Positions 18,586 to 28,579 of a stretch of DNA of 64,000 nucleotides are shown here, piece by piece. Under the pieces are notes generated by a model. It saw only the letters and a program-made list of their open reading frames with translations. It did not search any database and was not told the DNA's origin. The stretch comes from Phycisphaerae bacterium (GTDB taxonomy: Bacteria; Planctomycetota; Phycisphaerae; WQYP01). The stretch is taken from NCBI GenBank assembly GCA_035545015.1, contig DASZZD010000016.1, forward strand, positions 13,102-77,101, read 5' to 3'. The translations under genes were made by a program, and so were the position numbers. Position 1 is the first letter of the stretch. The number at the start of each line of letters is the position of its first letter.

Positions 18586-19344
18586 ATGGACCCTATCGTC
18601 CTTATCCACGGCATGCCTCTCGACTCCTCCATGTGGACCGAGCAGGCCGCCTTCCTGCGCTCCCGCGGGCACACCGTCCTCACGCCCGATCTTCCGGGCT
18701 TTGGCAGCGCCCCGGCCTTGGCCAAAGATCGCACCTCCATCGAAGCCTATGCCGCCGTCATCCGCGAGCTGATCGAAACCCAGGCCGGCGGAAGGGCCAT
18801 GGTCGGCGGCTTCTCCATGGGCGGATACGTGCTGCTCGCCCTCCTGCGCGAAGCCCCGCATCTCGTGTCCACCGCCATGTTTATCGACACCCGCCCCGAC
18901 CCCGACACTTCCGAAGCGCGCAAAGGCCGCCTCACCGCCATCGCCGGCATTGAAAGCCAGGGCCTCGCTCCCTTTTTCGACGCTTCCATCGCGCGCCTGA
19001 TGCGCAAGAAGCCCGATCCTGCCACCAAAGCGCGCATCCGCGCGATCATGGACCGCCAATCCGCCCCCGGCATCATCGCCGGACAACTCGCCATGAGCCG
19101 CCGCCGCGACCAGACCGACCTGCTCGCCGATCTGACTATCCCCGTCCTGGTGCTGGTGGGCGCCGAAGATGTCATCACGCCGCCCTCGGTGGCCCTCAAT
19201 ATGCAGTCGCACATGCCGCACGCGATGGTCGTGCAGGTGGTCGGCGCCGGGCATCTGGCGGTCATGGAGCAGCCCGCCGCCGTCAATGGCCATCTCGCAA
19301 CGTTCCTCGCCACCATTCGACACGCAGCCCCCAGCGGCGCATGA
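18586..19344 (+). CDS. Alpha/beta fold hydrolase
   Basis: LIHG, PDLPGFG, GFSMGG nucleophile elbow, GAED, AGH. Confidence 0.92.
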   Translation: MDPIVLIHGMPLDSSMWTEQAAFLRSRGHTVLTPDLPGFGSAPALAKDRTSIEAYAAVIRELIETQAGGRAMVGGFSMGGYVLLALLREAPHLVSTAMFIDTRPDPDTSEARKGRLTAIAGIESQGLAPFFDASIARLMRKKPDPATKARIRAIMDRQSAPGIIAGQLAMSRRRDQTDLLADLTIPVLVLVGAEDVITPPSVALNMQSHMPHAMVVQVVGAGHLAVMEQPAAVNGHLATFLATIRHAAPSGA

Positions 19345-19465
19345 AGCAATCCCGCGTCCGCATCCCCACCCCCGCGATCCTGGCATCCGCCGAACGATCA
19401 CGCGTTCTCCCTCCCGGCCCCGCCACCCGCCACCCCTGATTCCCAGGCCGGCGATGCGCTCCCCT

Positions 19466-20263
19466 TCAGCCGCCCTTCTTCGCGGGAGCACCGTCATCAT
19501 CCAGCGGGTCCGTGCCCGTCACCGCCCCCGCCGCGCTCACCATCAACTCAAACTTTTTGCCGCCGTCGGTGACATCCACCGCATAGGACCTCTGCTTCCT
19601 GGCCACCACCTCGCTGGCGCTGTCGATCGTGGTGTTCGGACGGGCCTTGGTCACGGCCGCTTTCACCGTCGCGGGCAAGTCCGCCACCGCCATGTCCGTT
19701 TCCTCCTCCGTCATGTCCCCCTGCAGCGTGAACGTGTCGAAATGCGTCTTGCCGTCCTTTTCGAACTCCGCGATGTAGAAGAACCGCTCGCTATCGACTT
19801 CAAACGACAGGGCGTTCACCTTCGCATCGCCCAGGGCCTTTGTGATGGCCGCGCGCACCGCCGCCGGCGCCGTTTCCACTTCCAGGTAGGTTGAATCATC
19901 ATTCGGATCGTCATCGGAAGCGTCGACAATCCCCAGATATTGCGCCCGTCCGGACGCCAGCACCGTCTCCGTCTTTCCCGCCGCTCCCGCCGTCTGCACC
20001 TTCACAAAATACAGGTGTCGCCCACTATCCACCTGTTCCTCCGCCCCGGTGATCGTTCCGCCGGGCACCTGCTTCTCGATCATCGCCTCGACATTCGCCG
20101 GCAACGTCTCCTGTGCCTCCTGCTGCGCCCCGGCTTTTTCGCCGCGCGCCGCCGCCCGCCCGCCCCCTCGGCCCGATCGCGCACCATTGGCCCCAAACGC
20201 GCCGCCCCCTGCCCCCGCCAGCACGGCACAGAGCATTCCCACCTGGAGCCACCGGGTTTTCAT
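19466..20263 (-). CDS. Secreted PepSY-like/BLIP-like repeat protein
   Basis: Three repeats of LPAxVxAAIxK followed by beta strands; signal peptide. Confidence 0.7.
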   Translation of the reverse strand: MKTRWLQVGMLCAVLAGAGGGAFGANGARSGRGGGRAAARGEKAGAQQEAQETLPANVEAMIEKQVPGGTITGAEEQVDSGRHLYFVKVQTAGAAGKTETVLASGRAQYLGIVDASDDDPNDDSTYLEVETAPAAVRAAITKALGDAKVNALSFEVDSERFFYIAEFEKDGKTHFDTFTLQGDMTEEETDMAVADLPATVKAAVTKARPNTTIDSASEVVARKQRSYAVDVTDGGKKFELMVSAAGAVTGTDPLDDDGAPAKKGG

Positions 20264-20278
20264 CGGATACCTCGCCAC

Positions 20279-20560
20279 TTATCGCAGATGGTTCGCATGG
20301 TTCAGATTGGCCGCCGGCGCCAGGGGCTTGGCGGGCGCGGCCGGGGTGACCGTCTTGATCGTATGGACCACGGCTTTCCTGATACGCCTGTGATGCTTGT
20401 GCCGATGCCTGCGAGCCTTACGCGCCTTCTTGACGACGACGATCACCTTCCCGGCATGAATGACCACGTCCTGGCCATTCTGCGTCACCGTCGCCGCCTG
20501 GGCCGATAGCCCGATTCCCATGGCCAGAACCGTCGCCAGCAGCCACCGTCCCACTTTCAT
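20279..20560 (-). CDS. Small secreted, highly basic hypothetical protein
   Basis: Signal peptide MKVGRW...SAQA; KKARKARRHRHKHHRRIRK; GGAG RBS. Confidence 0.6.
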   Translation of the reverse strand: MKVGRWLLATVLAMGIGLSAQAATVTQNGQDVVIHAGKVIVVVKKARKARRHRHKHHRRIRKAVVHTIKTVTPAAPAKPLAPAANLNHANHLR

Positions 20561-20755
20561 CTGCGTTGCTCCCGAAAGACCAGAACCCCATTCTTCACGC
20601 ATGAGGTTGCGGCGAGTTTCAATTCCTCCGCCGCCACGCAGGCGACAGGGTGTGCTTCCATGTTCACAAGCGACGCCTCGAACCGAGGGACGCCACGTAT
20701 TTCTGAAAATCTCAAGACCGCCCCATCATCGCCGGTGCACCGCTGGGAAAGAAGC

Positions 20756-20786
20756 AAAAAAAAGAAAAGCCGCGCACCTGCGCGGC
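20756..20786 (-). terminator. Intrinsic terminator after pilin-like copy 1
   Basis: GCCGCGC/GCGCGGC stem followed on minus strand by a long T tract. Confidence 0.65.
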
Positions 20787-20812
20787 CTTTCCTCACTGCC
20801 TGTTTGGAGCCG

Positions 20813-21643
20813 TTACTTCGAGCTGGCTGCCGAGTTTTCCCAGAGATAAATGATCGTATAGCAAGCGCTTGTGCCATACGGATTGGGGAACTGCGCCATC
20901 GTCTTGATCTTGGCGTTCTGGCCGAATTCCACGTGGGCATCGCCATACAAGCCGTTGGAACCGGCGTTGCCGGCATGCGGAACCGAGATCACATCATAAA
21001 TCCGGTCGGACATAAGCCAGATGTCCTTGGGGAACTGGGTGGTCTTGGTGTAGGCCGCACCGTAGAAGGGGCCGCCACCGGGGCCAGACACATTCTGTTT
21101 GCCGTTGGCCAGCGCCGAGAACGTGGGGTTCTTGCCCGAGTGCACCTGGTACTCATAGCCGGAGTGGTTGTTGAAGGGGGCATTGAGGAAGGTGTAGGGA
21201 TCGGTGCTGGAGGTGGGCGCCTTGGTGTACTGCCAGGAGCCATTGGATTGTCCGGGGCAGTAGAAGACGCGCGGATCCTTGACGATGCCGTCATCCATGC
21301 ACATCAGCTCGCGCCAATGGCCGTCCTGAGTCTGCCCGTTGGGGAAGGTATAGATCGTGGGGGGGCCGCTGGCGGGATTGCGACGCAAATACAAACGCTC
21401 GGTCGTGGTGAAGTCGGAATCGATGTAGCCGCGGGAGGTTTCCGGCGGGAGGTTGTTGTCGAATTCAGCCGCATAGGTTGTCAGCGCAATGCCAATCTGG
21501 TGCAGATTGCTGGCGCAGGCGGTTTTCTTGGCCTGGTCCCTGGCACGCGCGAGGCTGGGCAGGAGGATCGAGATCAGCAGTGCAATGATGGCGACCACCA
21601 CCAGCAGCTCGATCAGGGTGAAACCGGAACGACGACGCTTCAT
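20813..21643 (-). CDS. Prepilin-type (DUF1559-type) protein, tandem copy 1
   Basis: [51 protein letters not shown]. Confidence 0.93.
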   Translation of the reverse strand: MKRRRSGFTLIELLVVVAIIALLISILLPSLARARDQAKKTACASNLHQIGIALTTYAAEFDNNLPPETSRGYIDSDFTTTERLYLRRNPASGPPTIYTFPNGQTQDGHWRELMCMDDGIVKDPRVFYCPGQSNGSWQYTKAPTSSTDPYTFLNAPFNNHSGYEYQVHSGKNPTFSALANGKQNVSGPGGGPFYGAAYTKTTQFPKDIWLMSDRIYDVISVPHAGNAGSNGLYGDAHVEFGQNAKIKTMAQFPNPYGTSACYTIIYLWENSAASSK

Positions 21644-21702
21644 AGAAAACAGCCTCCAAAGGGGTTGGGCAGGTCAGTGGACGCAGAATATTGGGCGCAA
21701 CG

Positions 21703-21745
21703 TTCACACCCATGAAAATGCAGCGAGTTTTTCACACCCGTGAAA
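21703..21745. promoter_or_regulatory. Tandem quasi-palindromic 15-bp sites (possible TF operators)
   Basis: TTCACACCCATGAAA (21703-21717) and TTCACACCCGTGAAA (21731-21745) upstream of copy 1. Confidence 0.45.
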
Positions 21746-21916
21746 GGAAGGTCCGGATATCCATCGGTTGGCGTATCTCCAATAGAATGCACAAATTTTA
21801 CGTCGATTGCAACAAAAATAAAATACCATTTTGCAATTTCCGCAAATAATGGCGCAAACCGCAATCGACCCCCTCGAACGCCGACGTTCTTGCGCGTTTC
21901 CAGCTCCCCGCGCAGC

Positions 21917-21955
21917 AAAAATCGACAGGAGGTTGTGCGAGCACACAACCTCCTG
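21917..21955 (-). terminator. Terminator hairpin after pilin-like copy 2
   Basis: Perfect 12-bp stem CAGGAGGTTGTG/CACAACCTCCTG with T tract on minus strand. Confidence 0.7.
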
Positions 21956-21997
21956 CCGCCTGCGCGTTTTCCCCCCACCTTCCCATGTTCTCCGCCT

Positions 21998-22810
21998 TTA
22001 CCTACTGCTGGCTGCCGAGGTTTCCCACAGGTAGATCAAATTGTAAACCTGCGACTCCGAATAGGGATTCGGGAACTTGGACAGGGTCTTGATCTTGACG
22101 TTCTGGCCGAACTCCACATGGGCATCGCTGTAGAGCCCGTTGGACCCCGCATTGCCTGCGTGCGGGATGGAAATGACATCATAGATTTTGTCGGACATCA
22201 GCCAGATATCCTTGGGCATCTGGGTCAACTTCGTATAGGCCGCGCCGTTGAACTTGCCATCCACGTTGTCGCTGGGCCCGTTAAACGGGGGGTTCATCGT
22301 GGGATTCTTGCCCAGGTGCAACTGATAAGAGTATCCCGAGTGGTTGTTGAAGGGCGCGTTGAGGAACGTGTAGGGGTCCGTGCTGGAGGTCGGGGCCTTT
22401 GTGTATTGCCAGGACCCGTCGGTCTGGCCAGGGCAGAACATGACGCGAGGGTCCTTGATGATGCCGTCGTCCATGCACATCAATTCGCGCCAGTGGCCGT
22501 CCTGAGTCGTCCCATTCGGGAAGGTGAACGTGGTATAGCCGCGACGCAGGTACAGGTTTTCCGTCGATGCCGTGCCGTAACCATAGCTCTTGAAGTGGCG
22601 CGAGGTTTCCGGCGGAAGGTTGTTATTGAATTCCGAGGCATAGGTCGTGAGCGCCACGCCAAGCTGGTGGAGGTTGCTGGCGCATGCCGTCTTTTTCGCC
22701 TGATCACGAGCGCGGGCGAGGCTCGGCAAAAGAATGGAGATCAGGAGCGCGATAATCGCAACCACCACGAGCAGTTCAATGAGAGTAAAGCCGGTTCGAC
22801 GACGCTTCAT
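21998..22810 (-). CDS. Prepilin-type (DUF1559-type) protein, tandem copy 2
   Basis: [14 protein letters not shown]...; same scaffold as copy 1; GGAGG RBS. Confidence 0.93.
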   Translation of the reverse strand: MKRRRTGFTLIELLVVVAIIALLISILLPSLARARDQAKKTACASNLHQLGVALTTYASEFNNNLPPETSRHFKSYGYGTASTENLYLRRGYTTFTFPNGTTQDGHWRELMCMDDGIIKDPRVMFCPGQTDGSWQYTKAPTSSTDPYTFLNAPFNNHSGYSYQLHLGKNPTMNPPFNGPSDNVDGKFNGAAYTKLTQMPKDIWLMSDKIYDVISIPHAGNAGSNGLYSDAHVEFGQNVKIKTLSKFPNPYSESQVYNLIYLWETSAASSR

Positions 22811-23070
22811 GGCAAAAAGCCTCCATTTGGGGGGGAACAAAAAAAGAAAAAAAGGCGCCCCCGGAAAGGCAGGCAACCTCGGCATGTCGTCGCCAAAAAG
22901 ATTTGTCACGCGGTACGAAACGAGAGATGAGGGATTTGTACCCCCCCACTATCCGCCCGGCCCCGCCTTCATTCAAGGACAAAATGAGATATTTTTGAGA
23001 ATCTTTTTAGAAGTTGATGTGAGTTTATAACTATTTGTCCAAACATACCTTAGGTCGTCCTTGGTGACGC

Positions 23071-23115
23071 AAAAACAAAAAAGCATCGGCATCATGCGAC
23101 GCATGATGCCGATGC
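23071..23115 (-). terminator. Intrinsic terminator after pilin-like copy 3
   Basis: 15-bp stem GCATCGGCATCATGC/GCATGATGCCGATGC followed by a T tract on minus strand. Confidence 0.8.
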
Positions 23116-23139
23116 CTGTGTGCGTGGCTGAAAACAAGG

Positions 23140-23979
23140 TTACTTACTGCCGGCGGCGGAGCTTTCCCACAGATAAATCATCGTGTAGGAATTCGATTCC
23201 GAGTAGGGGTTCGGGAAGGCTGAGAGTGTCTTGATCTTGGCGTTCTGGCCGAACTCCACGTGCGCGTCGCCATACATTCCGTTGGCTCCAGCGTTGCCGG
23301 CGTGTGGGATCGAGATCACATCATAAATCCTGTCGGACATGAGCCAGATATCTTTGGGGAATTGGGTGGTCTTCGTGTAGACCGCGCCATTAAAGGGGCC
23401 GCCACCCTTCACGCCCGGCACATTAAACGAGCCATTGGCCAGCGCCGAGAAGTTGGGGTTCTTGCCCAGATGCAACTGATATTCATAACCAGAGTGGTTG
23501 TTGAACGGGGCGTTGAGGAAGGTGTAGGGATCGGTGCTGGAGGTGGGCGCCTTGGTGTACTGCCAGGAACCATCAGATTGTCCGGGGCAGTACATGACGC
23601 GCGGATCTTTAATGATCCCATCATCCATGCAGATCAGCTCGCGCCAATGGCCGTCCTGAGTCTGGCCATTAGGGAAGGTGAAGATGGTGGGTTGGCCACT
23701 GGCGGAATTGCGACGCAGGTACAGATGCTCGGTACCCAAGCTACCATACGCGTAGTGCGTGTAGCCGCGGGAGGTTTCCGGGGGCAGGTTGTTGTCAAAT
23801 TCGGCCGCATAGGTTGTGAGAGCAATGCCAATCTGATGAAGGTTGCTGGCGCAGGCGGTCTTTTTGGCCTGGTCCCTGGCACGCGCGAGGCTGGGCAAGA
23901 GGATCGAGATCAGCAGCGCGATGATGGCGACCACCACCAGCAGCTCGATCAGGGTGAAACCGGAACGACGACGTTTCAT
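23140..23979 (-). CDS. Prepilin-type (DUF1559-type) protein, tandem copy 3
   Basis: Same scaffold; closest to copy 1. Confidence 0.93.
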   Translation of the reverse strand: MKRRRSGFTLIELLVVVAIIALLISILLPSLARARDQAKKTACASNLHQIGIALTTYAAEFDNNLPPETSRGYTHYAYGSLGTEHLYLRRNSASGQPTIFTFPNGQTQDGHWRELICMDDGIIKDPRVMYCPGQSDGSWQYTKAPTSSTDPYTFLNAPFNNHSGYEYQLHLGKNPNFSALANGSFNVPGVKGGGPFNGAVYTKTTQFPKDIWLMSDRIYDVISIPHAGNAGANGMYGDAHVEFGQNAKIKTLSAFPNPYSESNSYTMIYLWESSAAGSK

Positions 23980-24211
23980 GCGAAAATCTCCAAGAGGCGA
24001 GCGGTGAATGCGGGCGGCACCGTGTCACGGTTCTCCGACCACCGCGCCCGATACAAAGTGTCAAAACAGTCAGTCAACAACGTCGCGGCCGCGACGCTGG
24101 AAGCGCCGCCAGCCGCGACGGAATGCCCTGTACGAACCGAAGTCCGCAATTCAGGCACTGTGAACTCCTACCGGTAACTGCTTCATCTGCCGGAAGCGAC
24201 CGTAGCTGCAA

Positions 24212-25045
24212 TTACTTGCTGCTCGCGGCGGAGCTTTCCCACAGATGTACCATGTTGTAGGTGTCGGTCGGATGGTAAGGATTGGGGAAGACCTGCAGGT
24301 ATTTGATCTTCGGGTTCTGGCCAAACTCGACGTGGGCGTCGCCGTACAGGCCGTTCGAGCCACAGTTGTTGGCGTGCGGGATCGAGATCACGTCGTAAAT
24401 CTTGTCCGACATGAGCCAGAGGTCCTTGGGAAACATGGTCGTTTTCGTGTAGACGGCCCCATTGAACGGACCGCCGCCGGGACCTTTGACATTCGGAGCG
24501 CCGTTGAACGGGCCGGCGGAATTCGGATTCGAGCCCAGGTGCAACTGGTAGGAATAACCGGCGTGACTGGAGAGGACGTCGCAGAAGGCGTACGGGTCGG
24601 TGCTGGAAGTGCTCGGCTTGATATACTGCCAGGAGCCATCGGTCTGGCCAGGGCAGAACATAACTCTCGGGTCCTTGATGATTCCATCATCCATGCAAAT
24701 CAGCTCGCGCCAGTGGCCAATTTGGGTCTGGCCATTCGGGAAGGTATATATGGTCGGGGGGCCTCCGGCCGGATTGTCACGCAGGTAGAGGTGTCTGGTC
24801 GCGCCTGTACCATACCCGTAGTCCGTGTAGCCGCGATCCGTTTCCGGCGGCAAGTTGTTTTCGAATTCCGCCGCGTACGTTGTGAGCGCGATGCCCAACT
24901 GGTGAAGGTTGCTGGCGCAGGCCGTCTTTTTGGCCTGGTCTCTGGCCCGCGCGAGGCTGGGTAAGAGGATTGAGATCAGCAGCGCGATGATGGCGACCAC
25001 CACCAGCAGCTCGATCAGGGTGAAACCGGAACGACGACGTTTCAT
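24212..25045 (-). CDS. Prepilin-type (DUF1559-type) protein, tandem copy 4
   Basis: Same scaffold with two additional Cys (AFCDV, NNCGS); GGAGG RBS. Confidence 0.93.
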   Translation of the reverse strand: MKRRRSGFTLIELLVVVAIIALLISILLPSLARARDQAKKTACASNLHQLGIALTTYAAEFENNLPPETDRGYTDYGYGTGATRHLYLRDNPAGGPPTIYTFPNGQTQIGHWRELICMDDGIIKDPRVMFCPGQTDGSWQYIKPSTSSTDPYAFCDVLSSHAGYSYQLHLGSNPNSAGPFNGAPNVKGPGGGPFNGAVYTKTTMFPKDLWLMSDKIYDVISIPHANNCGSNGLYGDAHVEFGQNPKIKYLQVFPNPYHPTDTYNMVHLWESSAASSK

Positions 25046-25418
25046 GAACAACCTCCCAAAAAGAAAGCGCGCAGGTCCAAACGAGGCGTAAAACACACGT
25101 TTCAAAATCGCCGCAGTTGTGGCGGCAGGTGACAGGACCAACCTATAAAAACCGAGCCATTCAGATATGGCGATGCCGGCTCGGGCTACATCTTCAGCAT
25201 GTCAGACAGACGCTCTCCACGCAACTGTATTTCCGCGGAATTTCGACGTTTTTTGCACTTGATCGCGCCTTCTGACGCCTGGCCAAAAGTCGTTTTTTCA
25301 AATGCGCCGACAGATAAAGCGTTCTTGTATTTTGCGACACCGCGGAGCCTTTCCCTTTCCTTGCCAGCGGCGTTATTCTCACTACTCGTTCTTCCGCAAT
25401 ACATATTGGGCAATCCCT

Positions 25419-26222
25419 ATGAATCGCCTCTCGGAGACTTTCGCCAACGCTCGTCAGCGCTCTCTAAAACTCTTGTGCCCGTTTCTCACGGCCGGATTCC
25501 CAGCGCCTCACAGCACGGTAGATTTGCTTATCGCGGCCCAGCAAGGCGGGGCAGGCGTGGTCGAACTGGGAATCCCTTTCTCGGATCCCGTCGCCGATGG
25601 CCCGGTGATTCAAGGCTCCTACACCCAAGCGCTGCTGCAGGGCGCCACGGTGGAGAACGCGCTCGACGCCCTCGCACAGGCACGCCGCCGCGGGCTGACG
25701 GTTCCGGTGATGGCGATGGTTTCCTTCTCGATTATTTTCAAGCGCGGCACGGAGCGGTTTGCGCGCCAGTGCGCCCAAGCCGGCGCCGATGGTCTGATTC
25801 TTCCAGACGTGCCTCTTGAAGAAGCGCCGGCGATCGTCGCGGTGCTGCGAGAAAACAATCTGCGCACGGCCCTGCTGGTCGCCCCCACAACGCCGCCCGA
25901 AAGGCGGGCCGCCATCGCCAGGCTCTGCGACGGATTCATCTATTATTTGTCAGTTTCGGGCATCACCGGCGAGCGTAAGGCGCTTCCCGCGGACATCGCC
26001 CCCAATGTCGCCGACTTGCGACGGGCCACCGATGCGCCGATTTGCGTGGGCTTCGGCATTTCGACGGCGGAGCAGGTGCGGGAAGTCACGCGGGTGGCGG
26101 ATGGTGCGATTGTGGGCAGCGCGCTGATCCGGCGGCTTGCGGACAAGGTCGAGGCATCCCCTGCCGAGCAGGCGGAAGCGGTGCGGGGGTTTGTTGCGGA
26201 GCTGGCGACGGGCCTGGCGTAA
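25419..26222 (+). CDS. trpA: Tryptophan synthase alpha chain
   Basis: ELGIPFSDPVADGPVIQ, LVAPTT, SVSGITG, VGFGIS, ADGAIVGSA. Confidence 0.96.
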   Translation: MNRLSETFANARQRSLKLLCPFLTAGFPAPHSTVDLLIAAQQGGAGVVELGIPFSDPVADGPVIQGSYTQALLQGATVENALDALAQARRRGLTVPVMAMVSFSIIFKRGTERFARQCAQAGADGLILPDVPLEEAPAIVAVLRENNLRTALLVAPTTPPERRAAIARLCDGFIYYLSVSGITGERKALPADIAPNVADLRRATDAPICVGFGISTAEQVREVTRVADGAIVGSALIRRLADKVEASPAEQAEAVRGFVAELATGLA

Positions 26223-26492
26223 TTCATCTTTATGAAACTCGGCGAAGCCGCAGACGCTATCGATACGTAAAATTTTTCAGGCTGTTGCGTGTTTTCGGTC
26301 GTCTTGGCGCTTGCTTTCCTGAACGCCCACCGGCTCGGCTGCCGAATTATCTGGCGGATAGCCCTTGGGTCTTCCGCGGCCCTCAAGTACCATGGCGGGC
26401 CAGATTGGCGACGCCCGAGAATCACCGATTCGGTGCTTTCCCGTTCCCGGTACTCCTGCCGCGGTCGAATTTCCTATCTGCGGGAGGCTATC

Positions 26493-27185
26493 ATGGCGGG
26501 AAAAGCAGCGGCCACGACTAACGATCCACGCAAACCCGGGTCTAACCCCATGAGCCAGCGGATGCCAAACGATGCCCAGGCCCACAGCCTTCAGGAGCAG
26601 GCCAAGCAGGCCGCTCATGAACTGGGGCTGGTGATCGCCTCGAAAGCAGGGGATCGCCGCGCGTTCGGTCTGTTGGCGCAGCACTATCAGCGGCAATGCG
26701 CCGCGGTGGCGCTGCGGCTCCTTGGCAATACGCACGATGCCGCCGAGCTGGTCCAGGACGCCCTGGTGAAGGCGTTCAAAAGCCTCGACCAGCTCCAGCA
26801 ATCCGAACGCTTCGGCCCATGGCTGATGCGGATCGTCACCAACCTGGCCCTGAACTACCGCCGGTCGCGCGGCCGGAGACAGGCGCTGTCGCTCGAGCAA
26901 ACGCTCGGGGATTCGACGGAGGGTGATGATCTTCGCGCCAGCGTGGCAGGGAGCGTTCTCGACGCGCCCGATCAACCCGCGGCCTCCGCGGAACTCGGCG
27001 ACGCCATCCAGATCGCGCTCAACGGCCTGCCGGAAAAGCAGCGTTTGGCGCTGGTGATGTTCGCCATCGAGAAAATGCCGCAGAAGGATGTGGCCGAAGT
27101 GTTGAACTGCTCCGTCGAAGCTGTGAAGTGGCACGTGTTTACCGCCCGGAAGCAACTGAAGAAATCACTCGGGAACTATTTGTAA
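26493..27185 (+). CDS. ECF sigma-70 factor
   Basis: GDRRAFGLL, DAAELVQDALVKAF, FGPWLMRIVTN, region 4 LPEKQR...VAEVLNCSVEAVK. Confidence 0.93.
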   Translation: MAGKAAATTNDPRKPGSNPMSQRMPNDAQAHSLQEQAKQAAHELGLVIASKAGDRRAFGLLAQHYQRQCAAVALRLLGNTHDAAELVQDALVKAFKSLDQLQQSERFGPWLMRIVTNLALNYRRSRGRRQALSLEQTLGDSTEGDDLRASVAGSVLDAPDQPAASAELGDAIQIALNGLPEKQRLALVMFAIEKMPQKDVAEVLNCSVEAVKWHVFTARKQLKKSLGNYL

Positions 27186-27248
27186 GTCTCCCGCGTTTTG
27201 AAAAACGACTGGCCGCCATGTTGTGGCGGCCCGATATTTCTGGAAGCC

Positions 27249-27974
27249 ATGCAGCACGACCACCAACATCTCGACTTCCTGATCAGCCAACACGTGGATG
27301 GATCGCTGGATGCGGCGGGCAAGAAGTCCGTCGAACAGCGGCTGCTGACGGATCCCGAAGCGCGCAAGCTGTATCAGGAACATCGGGAAGTGCAGGATGT
27401 CCTGGACGATTGGGGCAGCCGGATTCCGATGATCAACTGGGAGGACTTCGACAGGAAGCTGGCGGGGCGGCTGGAGAAGGAAACGGTGGGGACGCCGGCG
27501 CAGCGGACGCCGGGCTGGTGGAAGCCGGTCGCCGCGGCTGCGGCGCTGTTCGTGGCGGCGTGGGGGGGCTATGCGTGGCATGCGATTTCGGGCAATGGAT
27601 CGCAAACGGCGGTGGCGACGGTGGCGCGGCCTGCTGCGGGCGGTGGCTTCGCGACAGCGTCCGTGAAGATAGATGACAACGGTTCGGCGCCGGTGGCAAG
27701 CTCGGCGCGGTTCCGCGTGGATGATTCGCCCATGAGTCTGGGAGCGCCGGAAGCGACGGCGTCGAATGTCAGTGTGGCGGCGCCCGGTGATGTGGCGGCG
27801 TCGGAAGCGCTTCGCGATGCGGTGATGAGCGGTCTTTCGCATCTGAGCAACATGGCGAACATCGACAGCAAGCCGGGGTCGGCGTCGGCGATGAATGGCT
27901 TTGAGAAGCCGAATCATGCGTCGGATGATGCGGCCGCCCCTGTGGATCGCGACGCGGTTCCGCCGCTGCCCTGA
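27249..27974 (+). CDS. Membrane anti-sigma factor
   Basis: LISQHVDGSL N-terminal ASD, TM segment VAAAAALFVAAW; directly follows ECF sigma. Confidence 0.75.
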   Translation: MQHDHQHLDFLISQHVDGSLDAAGKKSVEQRLLTDPEARKLYQEHREVQDVLDDWGSRIPMINWEDFDRKLAGRLEKETVGTPAQRTPGWWKPVAAAAALFVAAWGGYAWHAISGNGSQTAVATVARPAAGGGFATASVKIDDNGSAPVASSARFRVDDSPMSLGAPEATASNVSVAAPGDVAASEALRDAVMSGLSHLSNMANIDSKPGSASAMNGFEKPNHASDDAAAPVDRDAVPPLP

Positions 27975-28002
27975 TGGGTCTGAGCTTTCCCTGCCAAGAG
28001 TG

Positions 28003-28440
28003 TTACAGATGATCGTCGGCCGGCGAATACAAGCGCGGGTGCGGCTGCATGCGCGACTGGACGCAGTTGCCGCAGAGATAGAAGCGTGCCGGCTGGGGGT
28101 AGTCGATCGAATCGGTGTCATCGCCTTCGATCCACTGGCGGCAGGGCGTGTTGACGGCGCCGCAGAGTGCGCAGGTGGTGGGTCCGCCGCCGTTGCGGAG
28201 GAGGAGTTCTTCGGAGAGGCGGGGATGCTTTTTCAATTCACCGCGGCCGTGGGCGGGGAGGATTTCATGCGCGAGGTGGTGGCGTTTGAGCCATTCGTTG
28301 AGGGGGCCGATTTCCTGCTCGTCGCAGAAACGTATCCAGGTTTTGAAGGGCGGATCGAAGAAAAAGCCCATGTCTTCGAGGCGTTCCTGCACCAGGGGGT
28401 CGGGCCAGGTGGTGATCTTCACCGTTTTTCGGGCAGTCAT
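28003..28440 (-). CDS. Hypothetical protein with CxxC...CxxC zinc finger
   Basis: CALC and CGNC; globular, non-shadow-like composition. Confidence 0.65.
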   Translation of the reverse strand: MTARKTVKITTWPDPLVQERLEDMGFFFDPPFKTWIRFCDEQEIGPLNEWLKRHHLAHEILPAHGRGELKKHPRLSEELLLRNGGGPTTCALCGAVNTPCRQWIEGDDTDSIDYPQPARFYLCGNCVQSRMQPHPRLYSPADDHL

Positions 28441-28579
28441 GCAGAGGGGTATACCCGTGCGGGGGTGGGATTGCAATTTGAGGGGGCGGGAGGATTTGGC
28501 AGGGGGCGTCGTGAGGGCGTGCGTGCCGGGCGAAGGGGTATTCCTTATAATGCGTGAGCTTTCACAAAACGGAGAGTTG

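Noticed and set aside
20813-25045. Diversity-generating retroelement acting on the pilin array
   Set aside because: No reverse transcriptase in the window; differences include indels and synonymous changes rather than adenine-restricted substitutions
25419-26222. trpA isolated from other trp genes
   Set aside because: Dispersed biosynthetic genes are normal in planctomycetes
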